64,000 nt of DNA, taken from Candidatus Microgenomates bacterium. GTDB taxonomy: Bacteria; Patescibacteriota; Microgenomatia; UBA8517. Shown here one piece after another: positions 37,888 to 47,908 of the stretch; within the stretch, counting starts at the first letter, position 1, and the number at the start of each line of letters is the position of its first letter. The notes beneath the pieces are model-generated. The model was not told the origin of the DNA and ran no database searches. It worked only from the letters and a program-made list of their open reading frames with translations. A program made the translations under genes and the position numbers. The stretch is from the NCBI GenBank assembly GCA_049519355.1, contig JBEKQV010000001.1, positions 150,408-214,407 on the forward strand, written 5' to 3'.

Positions 37888-38340
37888 CTAAGCTGCAGCT
37901 GCGGGGGCTTTAGGAGCAGGTTTTGCTCCGCCCTGTCCCTTTTTCGCTCCATATCTACTTCTTCCTGATTGCCTACCGGCAACTCCGGTTGTGTCGTATT
38001 TACCTCTAACGATATGATACTTTACTCCTGGAAGATCCTTAACACGTCCACCCCTGACCATAACGATTGAATGCTCCGCAAGTTCGTGGCCTTCTCCCGG
38101 AATGTAAGCCGTAATTTCCTGCTTATTCGATAAACGAACCCTTGCAACCTTCCTGAGAGCCGAGTTCGGTTTTTTCGGAGTCATTGTACGGACCGCTAAA
38201 ACTACCCCTCTTTTGAAAGAAGAGTGACTTTCGGAAAATTTACGATCCTTGGCATTAAACCATCTCTTTAGAGCTGTTGTTTTCGTTTTCTTAACAATCC
38301 TTTTTCTACCTTTTCTTGTAAGTTGGTTTATTGTCGGCAT
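37888..38340 (-). CDS. rpsL: 30S ribosomal protein S12
   Basis: [25 protein letters not shown]. Confidence 0.99.
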   Translation of the reverse strand: MPTINQLTRKGRKRIVKKTKTTALKRWFNAKDRKFSESHSSFKRGVVLAVRTMTPKKPNSALRKVARVRLSNKQEITAYIPGEGHELAEHSIVMVRGGRVKDLPGVKYHIVRGKYDTTGVAGRQSGRSRYGAKKGQGGAKPAPKAPAAAA

Positions 38341-38341
38341 A

Positions 38342-41300
38342 TTATAATCCTTGTGGCATAGCTGCTCTTTCCGGAGAAACCGGAATCAGTCTTCCGATAA
38401 TAACATTCTCTTTAAGTCCTACAAGCCTATCCTCACGTCCCAAAAGAGAGGCTTCCGTCAAAACGTCCGTGGTTTGCTCAAATGACGCTGCGGAAAGCCA
38501 GCTGTCGGTGTAAAGCGCACGCCTGGTTATTCCAAGTACGACTTGCTGTGCAGAAGCGGGTTCGCCTCCGGCCGCCAATACTTTATCATTTTCTTCTTCA
38601 AAACTGACTCGGCTGGCAAGCTCTCCCGGCAAGAACGGAGTATCACCCGTTGTCACAATTCTAACCTCGTCGCTCATCTTCCTAACAATCACTTCAACAT
38701 GCCTATCGTTAATCGGAATTCCCTGAGATTCATAAACTTTCTGAATCTCGTTGACCATATATTCCTGAGCGGCTCTCAAACCTTTTATGGAAAGGATATC
38801 TTTAACATCCAAGGCCCCTTTTGCGAGAGATTCACCCGCTTCAACCGTCTTTCCGTCCTCAACTGCAAGCTCAAGAGTCTTTGGAATAATATATTCCCTT
38901 TCCTCTTTTGGAGTTCCCTTTGAAGTAACTGTTACCTTCCAACCCTCATCTGTCTCGACAATATTGGCCTTACCGGTAATTTCGGAGAGGGCCGAAACAA
39001 CCTTAGGAAGTCTGGCCTCAACAAGCTCTTCAACTCTCGGCAAACCTTGAGTAACGTCGACTCCGATTACACCGGCAGCATGTTTTGTTCTGAGCGTAAG
39101 CTGGGTACCTGGTTCTCCGATGGACTGGGCTGCAACGACTCCGACCGGCATTCCAACTTCAACCAAAGCTTTTGTTCCCAAATCCCATCCGTAACACTTT
39201 ACACACATGCCGTATCTTGCCCTGCAGGATAGAGGAGATCTAATAATTACGGAGATTACACCCTCTTCGTCAATTTTCTTGGCCATTGCTTCGTCAATCA
39301 ACTCTCCCGCAACAACCAAAACTTTCTTGCCCTTCGGGGAAATAACATCTTTGGCCGCAAATCTTCCCATAATTCTTTGGGCGAATACCTGGGGCCTGGT
39401 CTCCTTCTTAATTTCATAACCTTCCTTTGTTCCGCAATCGTCGAGTCTGATTATTACATCATGAGCAACATCAACAAGCCTTCGGGTTAAGTAACCCGCA
39501 TCTGCAGTTTTAATAGCGGTATCGGTTAAACCCTTTCTGGAACCGCGGGATGAAGTTACGTACTCAAAGACCGAAAGGCCTTCTCTAAAGTTGGACTTGA
39601 TAGGCAGCTCGACAATCTTTCCAAGAGGGTCAACAACAAGACCGCGGATTGCGGCGAGCTGTTTAACCTGATCCCTTGAGGCACGGCCAACTTTTGCATC
39701 AATGACGACACGGATCGGGTTTGTTACCTCCATTTCATTCCAGGTTTTATCGGCCAAGTCTTCTGATACTTCAATCCAAACTTCCTGTGTAAGACGCCTT
39801 TTTTCTTCGGCCGTAATAAGACCTTGATTAAAGTTATCCTCAATCTCGGAAACTCTAGCATCAGCCTCTTCCAAGACTTTAGCTTTGCCGGGATAAACTT
39901 TTGCATCAAAAATTCCGAATGAAATTCCGGAGAGTGTTCCGCCGAAAAATCCTAAATCTTTAACATCATCAACAAGCTGGACTACTCTTTCTTTTGAAAC
40001 TGTGGCATAGGCTTTGACAAAGAGGGATTTAATAACCGAAGATGTTATAGCTTCGTTAATAAAATCAAAGTTTTCCGGCAAAACTTCATTGAAAAGAAGT
40101 CTTCCCACGGTTGTATCGATAATTGTCTTACCCAATCTGACTTGAATCTTCTGCCTAATTTGGACATTCCCTGCCTGATAGGCAAAGATTGCCTCTTCTT
40201 TATCGGCAAATATAGTTGGGAAAGCACTAAGCCTCGTGTCTTCTGCCGTCAAATAATATGCACCAAGTGCGATTTCCTTACTCGAAGGAGTTGCGGCAGG
40301 ACTTCCGTCGCTAGGTTTAAGCAAATTGTATGTCGGAAGCATCAGTGTCTTTGCCTCTTCAACGGCTTTTTCGGAGAGAGGAACATGAACTGCCATTTGA
40401 TCGCCGTCAAAATCGGCGTTAAACCCTGAACAAACCGCCGGATGAAGTCTGATTGCGCTTCCTTCAATAAGAACCGGGTAGAAGGCCTGAATTGAAAGTT
40501 TGTGCAAGGTCGGCGCACGGTTCAGGAGAACCGGATGATCTTTGGTAATTTCTTCCAAAATATCAAATACCTCTGGAGGTCTTCTATCAAGCATGTTCTT
40601 GGCACTTTTTACATTGGGAGCAATCCCACGGGCAATCATTTCTCTCAAAACAAACGGCTTAAACATTTCCAGTGCCATATCCTTTGGAAGTCCGCATTGG
40701 GTAAGTTTAAGCTCAGGTCCAACGATAATAACGCTTCTTCCCGAATAATCGACACGTTTACCGAGTAAGTTTTGTCTAAACCTTCCTTGTTTTCCACGGA
40801 GCATGTCGCTTAGCGATCTGAGAGGCTGCCTTCCGCGACTTTTTCTGGTAGCTTTTCTTTGGGATGCGTCGATCAAAGAATCAACCGCTTCCTGAAGCAT
40901 TCTTTTTTCGTTGCGGAGGATTATTTCAGGTGCACCCAGGGAAATCAAATGCTTTAAACGGTTATTTCTGTTGATGACTCTTCTATATAGGTCATTCAAA
41001 TCACTAGTGGCAAAACGCCCGCCGGAAAGCTGAACCATGGGACGCAAGTCCGGAGGAAGAACGGGTAAAACCCGGAGAATCATCCAAGCGGGGTTCACTT
41101 TCGCCCTTCTAAGTCCATCTATCAGCTTCAATCTTTTAACAAGTTTGACGTATTTCGTACTTCCTCCCTTAATTGTGCCAATTTCTTCTCTTAGGGACTT
41201 GGAAACTTCTTCAAGATTAACTTTCTCGATGGCGGATAGAACAGCATCGGCTCCCATTTTTGCGGTGAAGAACTCTCCCGCCTCGTGTTCATAAAGTTCA

Positions 41301-42064
41301 TCGTATTCTTCTTCACTCAAAATGCTAAGCGTATGCAGGCTCTTGGCAACAGTTATAAGGTTGTCAAAAAGCTCGTTGGTTTTATTTACCGTAGACTTTT
41401 CCTCTTCCCCGATAGCAGCTTCTTTCTTCCTAAGGTTGAGTTCTATTTCGGCCATGGCCAAAGAGGCCTGCTCTTTATTCTTGATTTTAGCCGTAACTTT
41501 TTCCTTTGCTTCTTTTTCCTCCAATTTCAAGGCGTCACGGCGGGACTTAAAACTGTCGGCTACTTCGTTCAAACCATCCTCTTTTGCCTTCTGAATGTTT
41601 TTGAGAGCGTCTTTTTTCTTCTCAGCATCCACTTCCGTAACAAGATACCTGGCAAAATAAATTACCTGTTCAATCCCCCTTGGAGGAACACCAAGTAAAA
41701 GTGAGATCTTTGAAGGAGCTCCTTTAAAGAACCAGACATGGGCTGTCGGAGTTGCAAGGGTAATATGACCCATACGCTCACGCCTAACTCTGCTTTGTGT
41801 GACCTCAACACCACATTTGTCACAAATTACCCCCTTATATCTGATTCTCTTGTATTTTCCACAGTAGCATTCCCAATCTTTAGTAGGACCGAAAATTCTT
41901 TCGTCGAAAAGACCGTCTTTCTCCGGTTTGAGAGTTCTATAATTGATCGTCTCCGGTTTGGTTATTTCTCCACGGCTCCAGGCACGGATTTCCTCCGGTG
42001 ATGCAAACTTAACAAGTAAGCTCTTAAAGTCAGTTAAATTTTTTAGATCTGCTAATTGTTCCAT
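38342..42064 (-). CDS. rpoC: RNA polymerase beta' subunit
   Basis: [29 protein letters not shown]. Confidence 0.99.
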   Translation of the reverse strand: MEQLADLKNLTDFKSLLVKFASPEEIRAWSRGEITKPETINYRTLKPEKDGLFDERIFGPTKDWECYCGKYKRIRYKGVICDKCGVEVTQSRVRRERMGHITLATPTAHVWFFKGAPSKISLLLGVPPRGIEQVIYFARYLVTEVDAEKKKDALKNIQKAKEDGLNEVADSFKSRRDALKLEEKEAKEKVTAKIKNKEQASLAMAEIELNLRKKEAAIGEEEKSTVNKTNELFDNLITVAKSLHTLSILSEEEYDELYEHEAGEFFTAKMGADAVLSAIEKVNLEEVSKSLREEIGTIKGGSTKYVKLVKRLKLIDGLRRAKVNPAWMILRVLPVLPPDLRPMVQLSGGRFATSDLNDLYRRVINRNNRLKHLISLGAPEIILRNEKRMLQEAVDSLIDASQRKATRKSRGRQPLRSLSDMLRGKQGRFRQNLLGKRVDYSGRSVIIVGPELKLTQCGLPKDMALEMFKPFVLREMIARGIAPNVKSAKNMLDRRPPEVFDILEEITKDHPVLLNRAPTLHKLSIQAFYPVLIEGSAIRLHPAVCSGFNADFDGDQMAVHVPLSEKAVEEAKTLMLPTYNLLKPSDGSPAATPSSKEIALGAYYLTAEDTRLSAFPTIFADKEEAIFAYQAGNVQIRQKIQVRLGKTIIDTTVGRLLFNEVLPENFDFINEAITSSVIKSLFVKAYATVSKERVVQLVDDVKDLGFFGGTLSGISFGIFDAKVYPGKAKVLEEADARVSEIEDNFNQGLITAEEKRRLTQEVWIEVSEDLADKTWNEMEVTNPIRVVIDAKVGRASRDQVKQLAAIRGLVVDPLGKIVELPIKSNFREGLSVFEYVTSSRGSRKGLTDTAIKTADAGYLTRRLVDVAHDVIIRLDDCGTKEGYEIKKETRPQVFAQRIMGRFAAKDVISPKGKKVLVVAGELIDEAMAKKIDEEGVISVIIRSPLSCRARYGMCVKCYGWDLGTKALVEVGMPVGVVAAQSIGEPGTQLTLRTKHAAGVIGVDVTQGLPRVEELVEARLPKVVSALSEITGKANIVETDEGWKVTVTSKGTPKEEREYIIPKTLELAVEDGKTVEAGESLAKGALDVKDILSIKGLRAAQEYMVNEIQKVYESQGIPINDRHVEVIVRKMSDEVRIVTTGDTPFLPGELASRVSFEEENDKVLAAGGEPASAQQVVLGITRRALYTDSWLSAASFEQTTDVLTEASLLGREDRLVGLKENVIIGRLIPVSPERAAMPQGL

Positions 42065-42076
42065 AATTTTAGGATT

Positions 42077-45000
42077 TTAACTCACAACCTCGGTAACCTC
42101 CATGGGTCCTTTGTCTGCAGTCAGCTCTTCCGTTGCAACCACCTCGGCTCCGGCAGCCTTGGCCAACTCCGCTCCCTCGGCCTCGTCCGTCACATCAGGC
42201 TGAGCTAAACTTACACCTTTGGGTTCAATTGCAAGCCCAAGAGAGTTAAGTTCTCTAACCAGAACCTTAAACGATTCCGGAATTGTTGCCTCTGGAATGT
42301 CAACCCCTTTAACAATGGCCTCAAATGCCTTAGCACGGCCGAGTACATCATCGCTTTTAATGGTCAGCATTTCCTGTAAAGTGTGACTGGCGCGATGAGA
42401 CTCAAGTGCCCAGACCTCCATTTCCCCGAGTCTTTGACCTCCCATTTGAGCTTTTCCTCCGAGCGGCTGTTGAGTAACCAAAGAGTATGGACCGGTTGAG
42501 CGGGCATGAGTCTTGTCCTCGACCATGTGGATTAGCTTCATGATGTAACTAATTCCTACCACTGTTTCTTCTTGAAAGGCTTCTCCTGTTCTGCCGTCAT
42601 AGAGTCTGGTCTTACCCGTCACCGGGAGTCCTGCATCTTTGAGCTCTTTTGCTATGGTATCGGCTCCGATTTTATCAAAAACCGGAAGTGCACCTTTTTC
42701 ACCTTTAGCCTGTAATGCCCAACCCAAGTGTGCCTCCATGAGTTGTCCAAGATTCATACGGGAAATAACGGATAGAGGAGAGATTAAGATATCCACCGGG
42801 GTTCCGTCTTCCATATAAGGCATATCGGAAACAGGCAAAATCTTGGCAACAACCCCTTTATTTCCATGGCGTCCCGCAACTTTGTCTCCAACTGTAATTT
42901 TTCTGATCTGGGCAACTCTTACTACCACTTTCTTTATTACTCCCGGACCAAGCTCATCACCCTTATCCCTATCCAAAATTTGGACATCAACAACAATTCC
43001 ACGCTCACCGTGTGGAATTCTGAGAGAAGTATCGCGAACTTCGCGCGCCTTCTCACCAAAAATAGCTCTCAAAAGTCTTTCTTCTGAGGTTAGTTCCGTC
43101 TCGCCTTTGGGAGCAATCTTTCCGACTAAAATATCATTGGGTCCGACCTCGGCCCCAATCATCACAATTCCGTCACCTGCCAAGTTAGCAAGCTCGGCCT
43201 CGGAAACATTGGGAATATCGTTTGTAATCTCTTCCGGCCCGAGTTTGGTATCAACCACCTCTGCTTCGTACTCTTCGATATGAATTGAGGTCAAAAGATC
43301 ATCCTTAACCAACCTGTGCGAGATAAGAATCGCATCTTCAAATCCGTAGCCTCCAAAGCTCGCATACGCAATTACCAAATTGCGTCCCAAACCAAGCTCG
43401 CCATCCTGACTTGCCGGGCCGTCAACCAAAAGATCTCCCACAGCCACTTTTTGTCCCGGGGAAACCCTGGTTATCTGGTTATAGCAGGTCGAATGGGCGG
43501 TACGCTTAAACTTGGTAAGATAATAAGCTTCCTTCTTACCGTCATCCATTAACTCCCTGTCTTCAATTTTTGCAGCTTCCTCTTCCTCAGGCGCTTTTTT
43601 GTCAAGTTTGATAACCACTTTATCACTATCTACATAGTCGACTACTCCTGCGTGTTTTGCACGTATCACTCTTTGCATTCCTGAAGAAATTACTCCCTCC
43701 ATCCCGGTACCGACTATTGGGGATTCGGGATTTACCAGTGGAACCGCCTGACATTGCATATTGCTTCCCATCAAGGCTCTATTTCCCTCATCATGTGCCA
43801 GGAAAGGAATCAATGAGGCTGAAGCTCCGATTACTTCTCTGGGCGTAATATCAATGTATTCAACAAGGTTGGCGGCACCTTCGATAAACTTACCCCTGTA
43901 TCTGAGAGGCACACGCTTGTCGGTTATAAATCCTTCGGCATCAACATTAACTCCGGAATGGGTAATATAATGGTCTTCCTCATCATCCGCAGTAAGATAA
44001 ATCACTTCTTCCGTCACTCGGGCTTTCTTTCCAACTTTTTCAACTTTTCTGTATGGAGCCTCAATAAATCCGAATTCATCAACTTTAGCGTAAAGAGCAA
44101 GGTAAGTAACAAGTCCGATATTTGGTCCTTCAGGGGATCTAACAGGATCAATTCTTCCGTATTGGGAAGCATTAACATCGCGGATGGAGAAGCTGGCCCT
44201 TTCCCGGTTAATTCCACCGGTTCCAAGCACTGAAACTCTACGGAGGTTGTCTACTTCACTTAAAGGATTTGTATCGTCAAGAATTGTTGAAAGTTGGTTT
44301 GACCTGAAAAACTCGTTCAAGGACGCGATTAACGGGCGGGCATTAATAAGAGTTGCCGGAAGCGGTTTGTCATCGGGGGATATTAGGCTCATTTTTTCCT
44401 TAACACTCCTTTCGAGTCTAAGAAGACCAACTCTAAAAGCGTTGACCGCCACTAGTTCCCCAACCCTTCTAAGCCTGCGGTTACTTAGATGATCAATGTC
44501 GTCAAGTTTGCCATTTCCGCCTTGCAAACCAATTAAATACGTAACTGCAGCAACCGAATCCTGTTTTGTCAAAACCCAGGTACTTTTCTCGTTAGGAAGA
44601 TTAACCCCCAGACGCTTGTTTATTTTGAATCTGCCGACCTTGCCCAAATCGTACCGCCTGCCGTCTGTAAACAAACTCGCAAAAAGGGCTTCCGCATTCT
44701 CAAGAACTGCAGGCTCTCCCGGCCTCATTTTTCTATAAATTTCGATCAGTGCTTCCTCTTGCGTCTTTGTCGAGTCTTTGGCTAGAGTTGCCGCAATATA
44801 TTTATGGTCCGGGTTTTTGTCGACCGCGGCAAACGCAGCTGAAATTTCCTGATCAGATTCCATTCCCATCGCTCTAAGGAATGTGGTTGCTAATACTTTT
44901 CTGCGCCTGTCAATTCTGGCGTAGATAAGGTCTGCCCTGGTTATTTCAAATTCCAACCAGCTTCCGTGAAGAGGACGAATTTCTGCTTTATACAAAACTC

Positions 45001-45451
45001 TTCCGCTTGAAGGATCAAGTTCTCCTGAAAAATAAGCGCCTGGGGAACGGACGATCTGATTTATAACTGCTCTTTCAATCCCGTTTATAACAAAAGTCCC
45101 CGAAGTCGTCATCTGAGGAATATCTCCCAAAAAAACGTCCTGAGTAACTTCCTGGCCGGTTCTTTTATTCACTAGTGTTGCTCTGATTTTGAGGGGAGAT
45201 GAATATGTAATTCCTTTTTTCTGAGCTATTCTTGGGGAAATTGTAGGAGCGCCTAAGGAGTGATCACCGAGGGTTAATTGCCAATTTTTTCCTGTAAAAT
45301 CATCAATTGGAGAAATTGCAATGAGTTCTTCCTTAATTCCTTCTCCCAGAAACCACTGCCAACTTTCTCTTTGAACCTGACTCAAATTAATTTCGGGTAA
45401 ATTTTTTTCTTCCTTCCCAAAATTTCTGCGAGATAATTTCTTGGATGTCAT
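42077..45451 (-). CDS. rpoB: RNA polymerase beta subunit
   Basis: PEGPNIGL, GDKVAGRHGNKG, GGQRLGEMEVWALE. Confidence 0.99.
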   Translation of the reverse strand: MTSKKLSRRNFGKEEKNLPEINLSQVQRESWQWFLGEGIKEELIAISPIDDFTGKNWQLTLGDHSLGAPTISPRIAQKKGITYSSPLKIRATLVNKRTGQEVTQDVFLGDIPQMTTSGTFVINGIERAVINQIVRSPGAYFSGELDPSSGRVLYKAEIRPLHGSWLEFEITRADLIYARIDRRRKVLATTFLRAMGMESDQEISAAFAAVDKNPDHKYIAATLAKDSTKTQEEALIEIYRKMRPGEPAVLENAEALFASLFTDGRRYDLGKVGRFKINKRLGVNLPNEKSTWVLTKQDSVAAVTYLIGLQGGNGKLDDIDHLSNRRLRRVGELVAVNAFRVGLLRLERSVKEKMSLISPDDKPLPATLINARPLIASLNEFFRSNQLSTILDDTNPLSEVDNLRRVSVLGTGGINRERASFSIRDVNASQYGRIDPVRSPEGPNIGLVTYLALYAKVDEFGFIEAPYRKVEKVGKKARVTEEVIYLTADDEEDHYITHSGVNVDAEGFITDKRVPLRYRGKFIEGAANLVEYIDITPREVIGASASLIPFLAHDEGNRALMGSNMQCQAVPLVNPESPIVGTGMEGVISSGMQRVIRAKHAGVVDYVDSDKVVIKLDKKAPEEEEAAKIEDRELMDDGKKEAYYLTKFKRTAHSTCYNQITRVSPGQKVAVGDLLVDGPASQDGELGLGRNLVIAYASFGGYGFEDAILISHRLVKDDLLTSIHIEEYEAEVVDTKLGPEEITNDIPNVSEAELANLAGDGIVMIGAEVGPNDILVGKIAPKGETELTSEERLLRAIFGEKAREVRDTSLRIPHGERGIVVDVQILDRDKGDELGPGVIKKVVVRVAQIRKITVGDKVAGRHGNKGVVAKILPVSDMPYMEDGTPVDILISPLSVISRMNLGQLMEAHLGWALQAKGEKGALPVFDKIGADTIAKELKDAGLPVTGKTRLYDGRTGEAFQEETVVGISYIMKLIHMVEDKTHARSTGPYSLVTQQPLGGKAQMGGQRLGEMEVWALESHRASHTLQEMLTIKSDDVLGRAKAFEAIVKGVDIPEATIPESFKVLVRELNSLGLAIEPKGVSLAQPDVTDEAEGAELAKAAGAEVVATEELTADKGPMEVTEVVS

Positions 45452-45561
45452 TAGTTTTTTAGTGGCCTGAGAACACTAAATGCCCGCCTCAAGAAGCGGG
45501 ACGAGCGTACCATTCATGTACGCCTAAGGAAGCATTATATAGTTTGAACCCATCTTGTCAA
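45452..45561 (-). promoter_or_regulatory. rpoB promoter and three-hairpin leader
   Basis: TTGACA-16-TATAAT (45561-45534); hairpins GCGTAC/GTACGC, CCCGC/GCGGG, TTTAGTG/CACTAAA. Confidence 0.7.
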
Positions 45562-45578
45562 CACCCAAATTCTCAAAA

Positions 45579-46532
45579 TTACTTGCCTAAATATTTTGCA
45601 ATATTGGCATTCTGCTCTTCAAGAGTTTTCGCGTAGTGAATCTGACCTGAAGGGTCATGAATATAATATAAATAGTCAGTTTGAGCTGGGTTAAAAGCGG
45701 CATTAAGTGAGGATAATCCGGAGTTTGCAATCGGAGCGGGGGGAAGACCCTGATTTAGGTAGGTATTGTAGGGGGATTTAACTTTCAGATCCTCCAAAGT
45801 CAAAATCGGCCACCAGTCACTTGAGGTCCCAACTGCATATTGTACCGAGGCATCAACTTGCAAGGGCATTCCCAAATTAATTCTATTTATTATTATTCCT
45901 GCGACGATCGGACGCTCCGTGTCGGTTTTAGTTTCCCTTTCCAACATAGATGCCAGTATCACCGACTGGGCAAACGTCAGGTTTGAGCCGTGGGGAGTTA
46001 AGCCTTGAGTCTTGGTGGCAAAAGTGTCCGTCATTTTTTTAACTATAGCGGCGGGGGATGCATCCATTGGAAAAAGATAAGTATCGGGGAAAAGATATCC
46101 TTCATCCCCTTTTGAATCCTGCAAAAATTCATTTGCAAATGCACTATCCCTATCGAGTCCTATTTCAAACTTTGCAGCAATTTCTTCCCGCCTAAGTCCT
46201 TCCGGAATTGTAACCCAAAGCTCAACCGGTCCTTTGGATAGAGTGTCCACCATTTGGAATAGGGAAAAAGAAGGGGTTAACCTGAACTCTCCCGGTTCGA
46301 GCTTCGCAGTCTGGCCGGTAAAGCGGATATAAAGTTTAAAAGCAAGGGCGCTTTTAATAAATCCGGAGCTCTGCAGTTTATCACCAATTACCGAAACCGA
46401 GGAACCTTTATTTATTACAAAGTAACTAAAATTGGCGGTACCGGAAACAGGCAAAGCATTCAGATAAAACCAGACAGCTGCAGCTACCACCACAACCATC
46501 GCCAAAAGTGGTAGAAAAAGTAATTTCTTCAT
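45579..46532 (-). CDS. mltG: endolytic transglycosylase MltG
   Basis: TIPEG, EGYLFPDTY, LASMLERE, LQVDASV, SPYNTY, GLPPAPI. Confidence 0.93.
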   Translation of the reverse strand: MKKLLFLPLLAMVVVVAAAVWFYLNALPVSGTANFSYFVINKGSSVSVIGDKLQSSGFIKSALAFKLYIRFTGQTAKLEPGEFRLTPSFSLFQMVDTLSKGPVELWVTIPEGLRREEIAAKFEIGLDRDSAFANEFLQDSKGDEGYLFPDTYLFPMDASPAAIVKKMTDTFATKTQGLTPHGSNLTFAQSVILASMLERETKTDTERPIVAGIIINRINLGMPLQVDASVQYAVGTSSDWWPILTLEDLKVKSPYNTYLNQGLPPAPIANSGLSSLNAAFNPAQTDYLYYIHDPSGQIHYAKTLEEQNANIAKYLGK

Positions 46533-46542
46533 AGGAACTTAG

Positions 46543-46740
46543 CTAAACTTCTTCAAGAAGGGCTCGCCTGTACTTTCCTGTTTTGGGGTCGTGGATAAAA
46601 ATCCTTCCGCACTTGCATGTAACCTGCTCACCGTACTGGGTTTTTTTCTTTTTTCCTTCGGAAAGTTCGGTTCCACAACCAACACAACGCCCTTGAGAAA
46701 GGAGCCAAGCCTGCATCGGTGCGATTACACTCTTAAACAT
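46543..46740 (-). CDS. small Cys-rich zinc-ribbon hypothetical protein
   Basis: CVGC...CKC; own TGcTATACT at 46751-46759. Confidence 0.75.
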   Translation of the reverse strand: MFKSVIAPMQAWLLSQGRCVGCGTELSEGKKKKTQYGEQVTCKCGRIFIHDPKTGKYRRALLEEV

Positions 46741-46778
46741 AGCTACTTAGAGTATAGCATGGAAACCCCGGAGTCAAA

Positions 46779-47162
46779 CTATTTTGAATCCAGATAGTTC
46801 TGAAGCATTACGGAGGCGGCGTAGGCATCCTCCATTTCGTGGCGTTTTTTTTGGTGGATCCCGGCTTCTTTAGATAGGAATTGAGCCTCCTGAGTCGAGA
46901 GGGTTTCATCAAATGTTTCAACCGGAATTGTCAACATTTTTCCAAAACTTATGCTGAAGTTTTTGGACTCCTTGCCCATTTCCCCCTCAGAAACTCCGAC
47001 AACAACTTTTTCGATTGCTTCTACTGAAATAATCTTTTTTATTTGTTCCGCCACGATAGATGTATCTGAATATCTAATAACTTTTAGAGGTTCCACTAAA
47101 CTCCCCTCGGCTATAGCAAGGCCGATTTTACTTCTTCCGTAATCAATTCCTAAAATTTTCAT
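46779..47162 (-). CDS. ruvX: YqgF/RuvX family nuclease
   Basis: LGIDYGRSKIGLA, DETLST, DAYAA. Confidence 0.9.
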   Translation of the reverse strand: MKILGIDYGRSKIGLAIAEGSLVEPLKVIRYSDTSIVAEQIKKIISVEAIEKVVVGVSEGEMGKESKNFSISFGKMLTIPVETFDETLSTQEAQFLSKEAGIHQKKRHEMEDAYAASVMLQNYLDSK

Positions 47163-47881
47163 TAGTCTATACCGGTGTTTTGATCCGGCGGAATAACTCT
47201 TGCCCGTACTATTAATCTTTTTGGGTTTGACGGGTCCCCCGGCGGAACACAGGTTACCAAAGTTAAAAACGAATCGGACGAATCCTGGTCCAAAACCTGA
47301 ATATCGGTTGGCAACACCTCAAACATTTGTTCCACTTTATAAGTATATGAAACACTGTCGTAATCCACATAAATCAAATCCCCCGGTTGTAGCGTAGGAA
47401 GAAGGGAAAAGATAGAAATGTAATTTTTCGGGTTGTAAAAAATTGGTAATATCGAATGCCCGAAAATAACAGAGTTTCCCCGTTTTCCGGGAAGAGCAGT
47501 ACCGGGATATTGAACCAAGCTTTTATCCAAGTCCTGTCCCCCTATTGCCACTGTCGCATTATCGATCTTTAGTTTTGGAATACTAATGGTAAAATATCGG
47601 ACCTTTGACGCAATGAATGATGCCGCAAAATCAGAAGATGACGCTCCTCCAACAAACCATGTACTAGGATTTGAATCGTTCGTATTGGTACTAACCGTAC
47701 TTGCTCCCTGAACACTTTGTTGACTTACGGGATTTTCGCCAATCGGGGAAACAAGTTGGGAAAAATTCTTTCCGTAAGTTGAATCAAACGAAACAATCGG
47801 ATAAATTACACCGGTCAAGATTACTATCCCCGAAATACCGGAAATTACAGCCGCTATACGTAAAATTGTCTTCTGAGTCAT
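47162..47881 (-). CDS. sortase
   Basis: N-terminal TM, IPKL, IFGHS (His), TLVTC (Cys), RLIV (Arg). Confidence 0.9.
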   Translation of the reverse strand: MTQKTILRIAAVISGISGIVILTGVIYPIVSFDSTYGKNFSQLVSPIGENPVSQQSVQGASTVSTNTNDSNPSTWFVGGASSSDFAASFIASKVRYFTISIPKLKIDNATVAIGGQDLDKSLVQYPGTALPGKRGNSVIFGHSILPIFYNPKNYISIFSLLPTLQPGDLIYVDYDSVSYTYKVEQMFEVLPTDIQVLDQDSSDSFLTLVTCVPPGDPSNPKRLIVRARVIPPDQNTGID

Positions 47882-47908
47882 GACAATTATTGTACTATAA
47901 CAAAACCC

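Noticed and set aside
27847-37982. Long N-terminal extensions of rplX and rpsG in the ORF track (likewise rpsI, nth, NUDIX, secY)
   Set aside because: Longest-ORF artefacts; downstream ATGs fit family N-termini or promoter positions.
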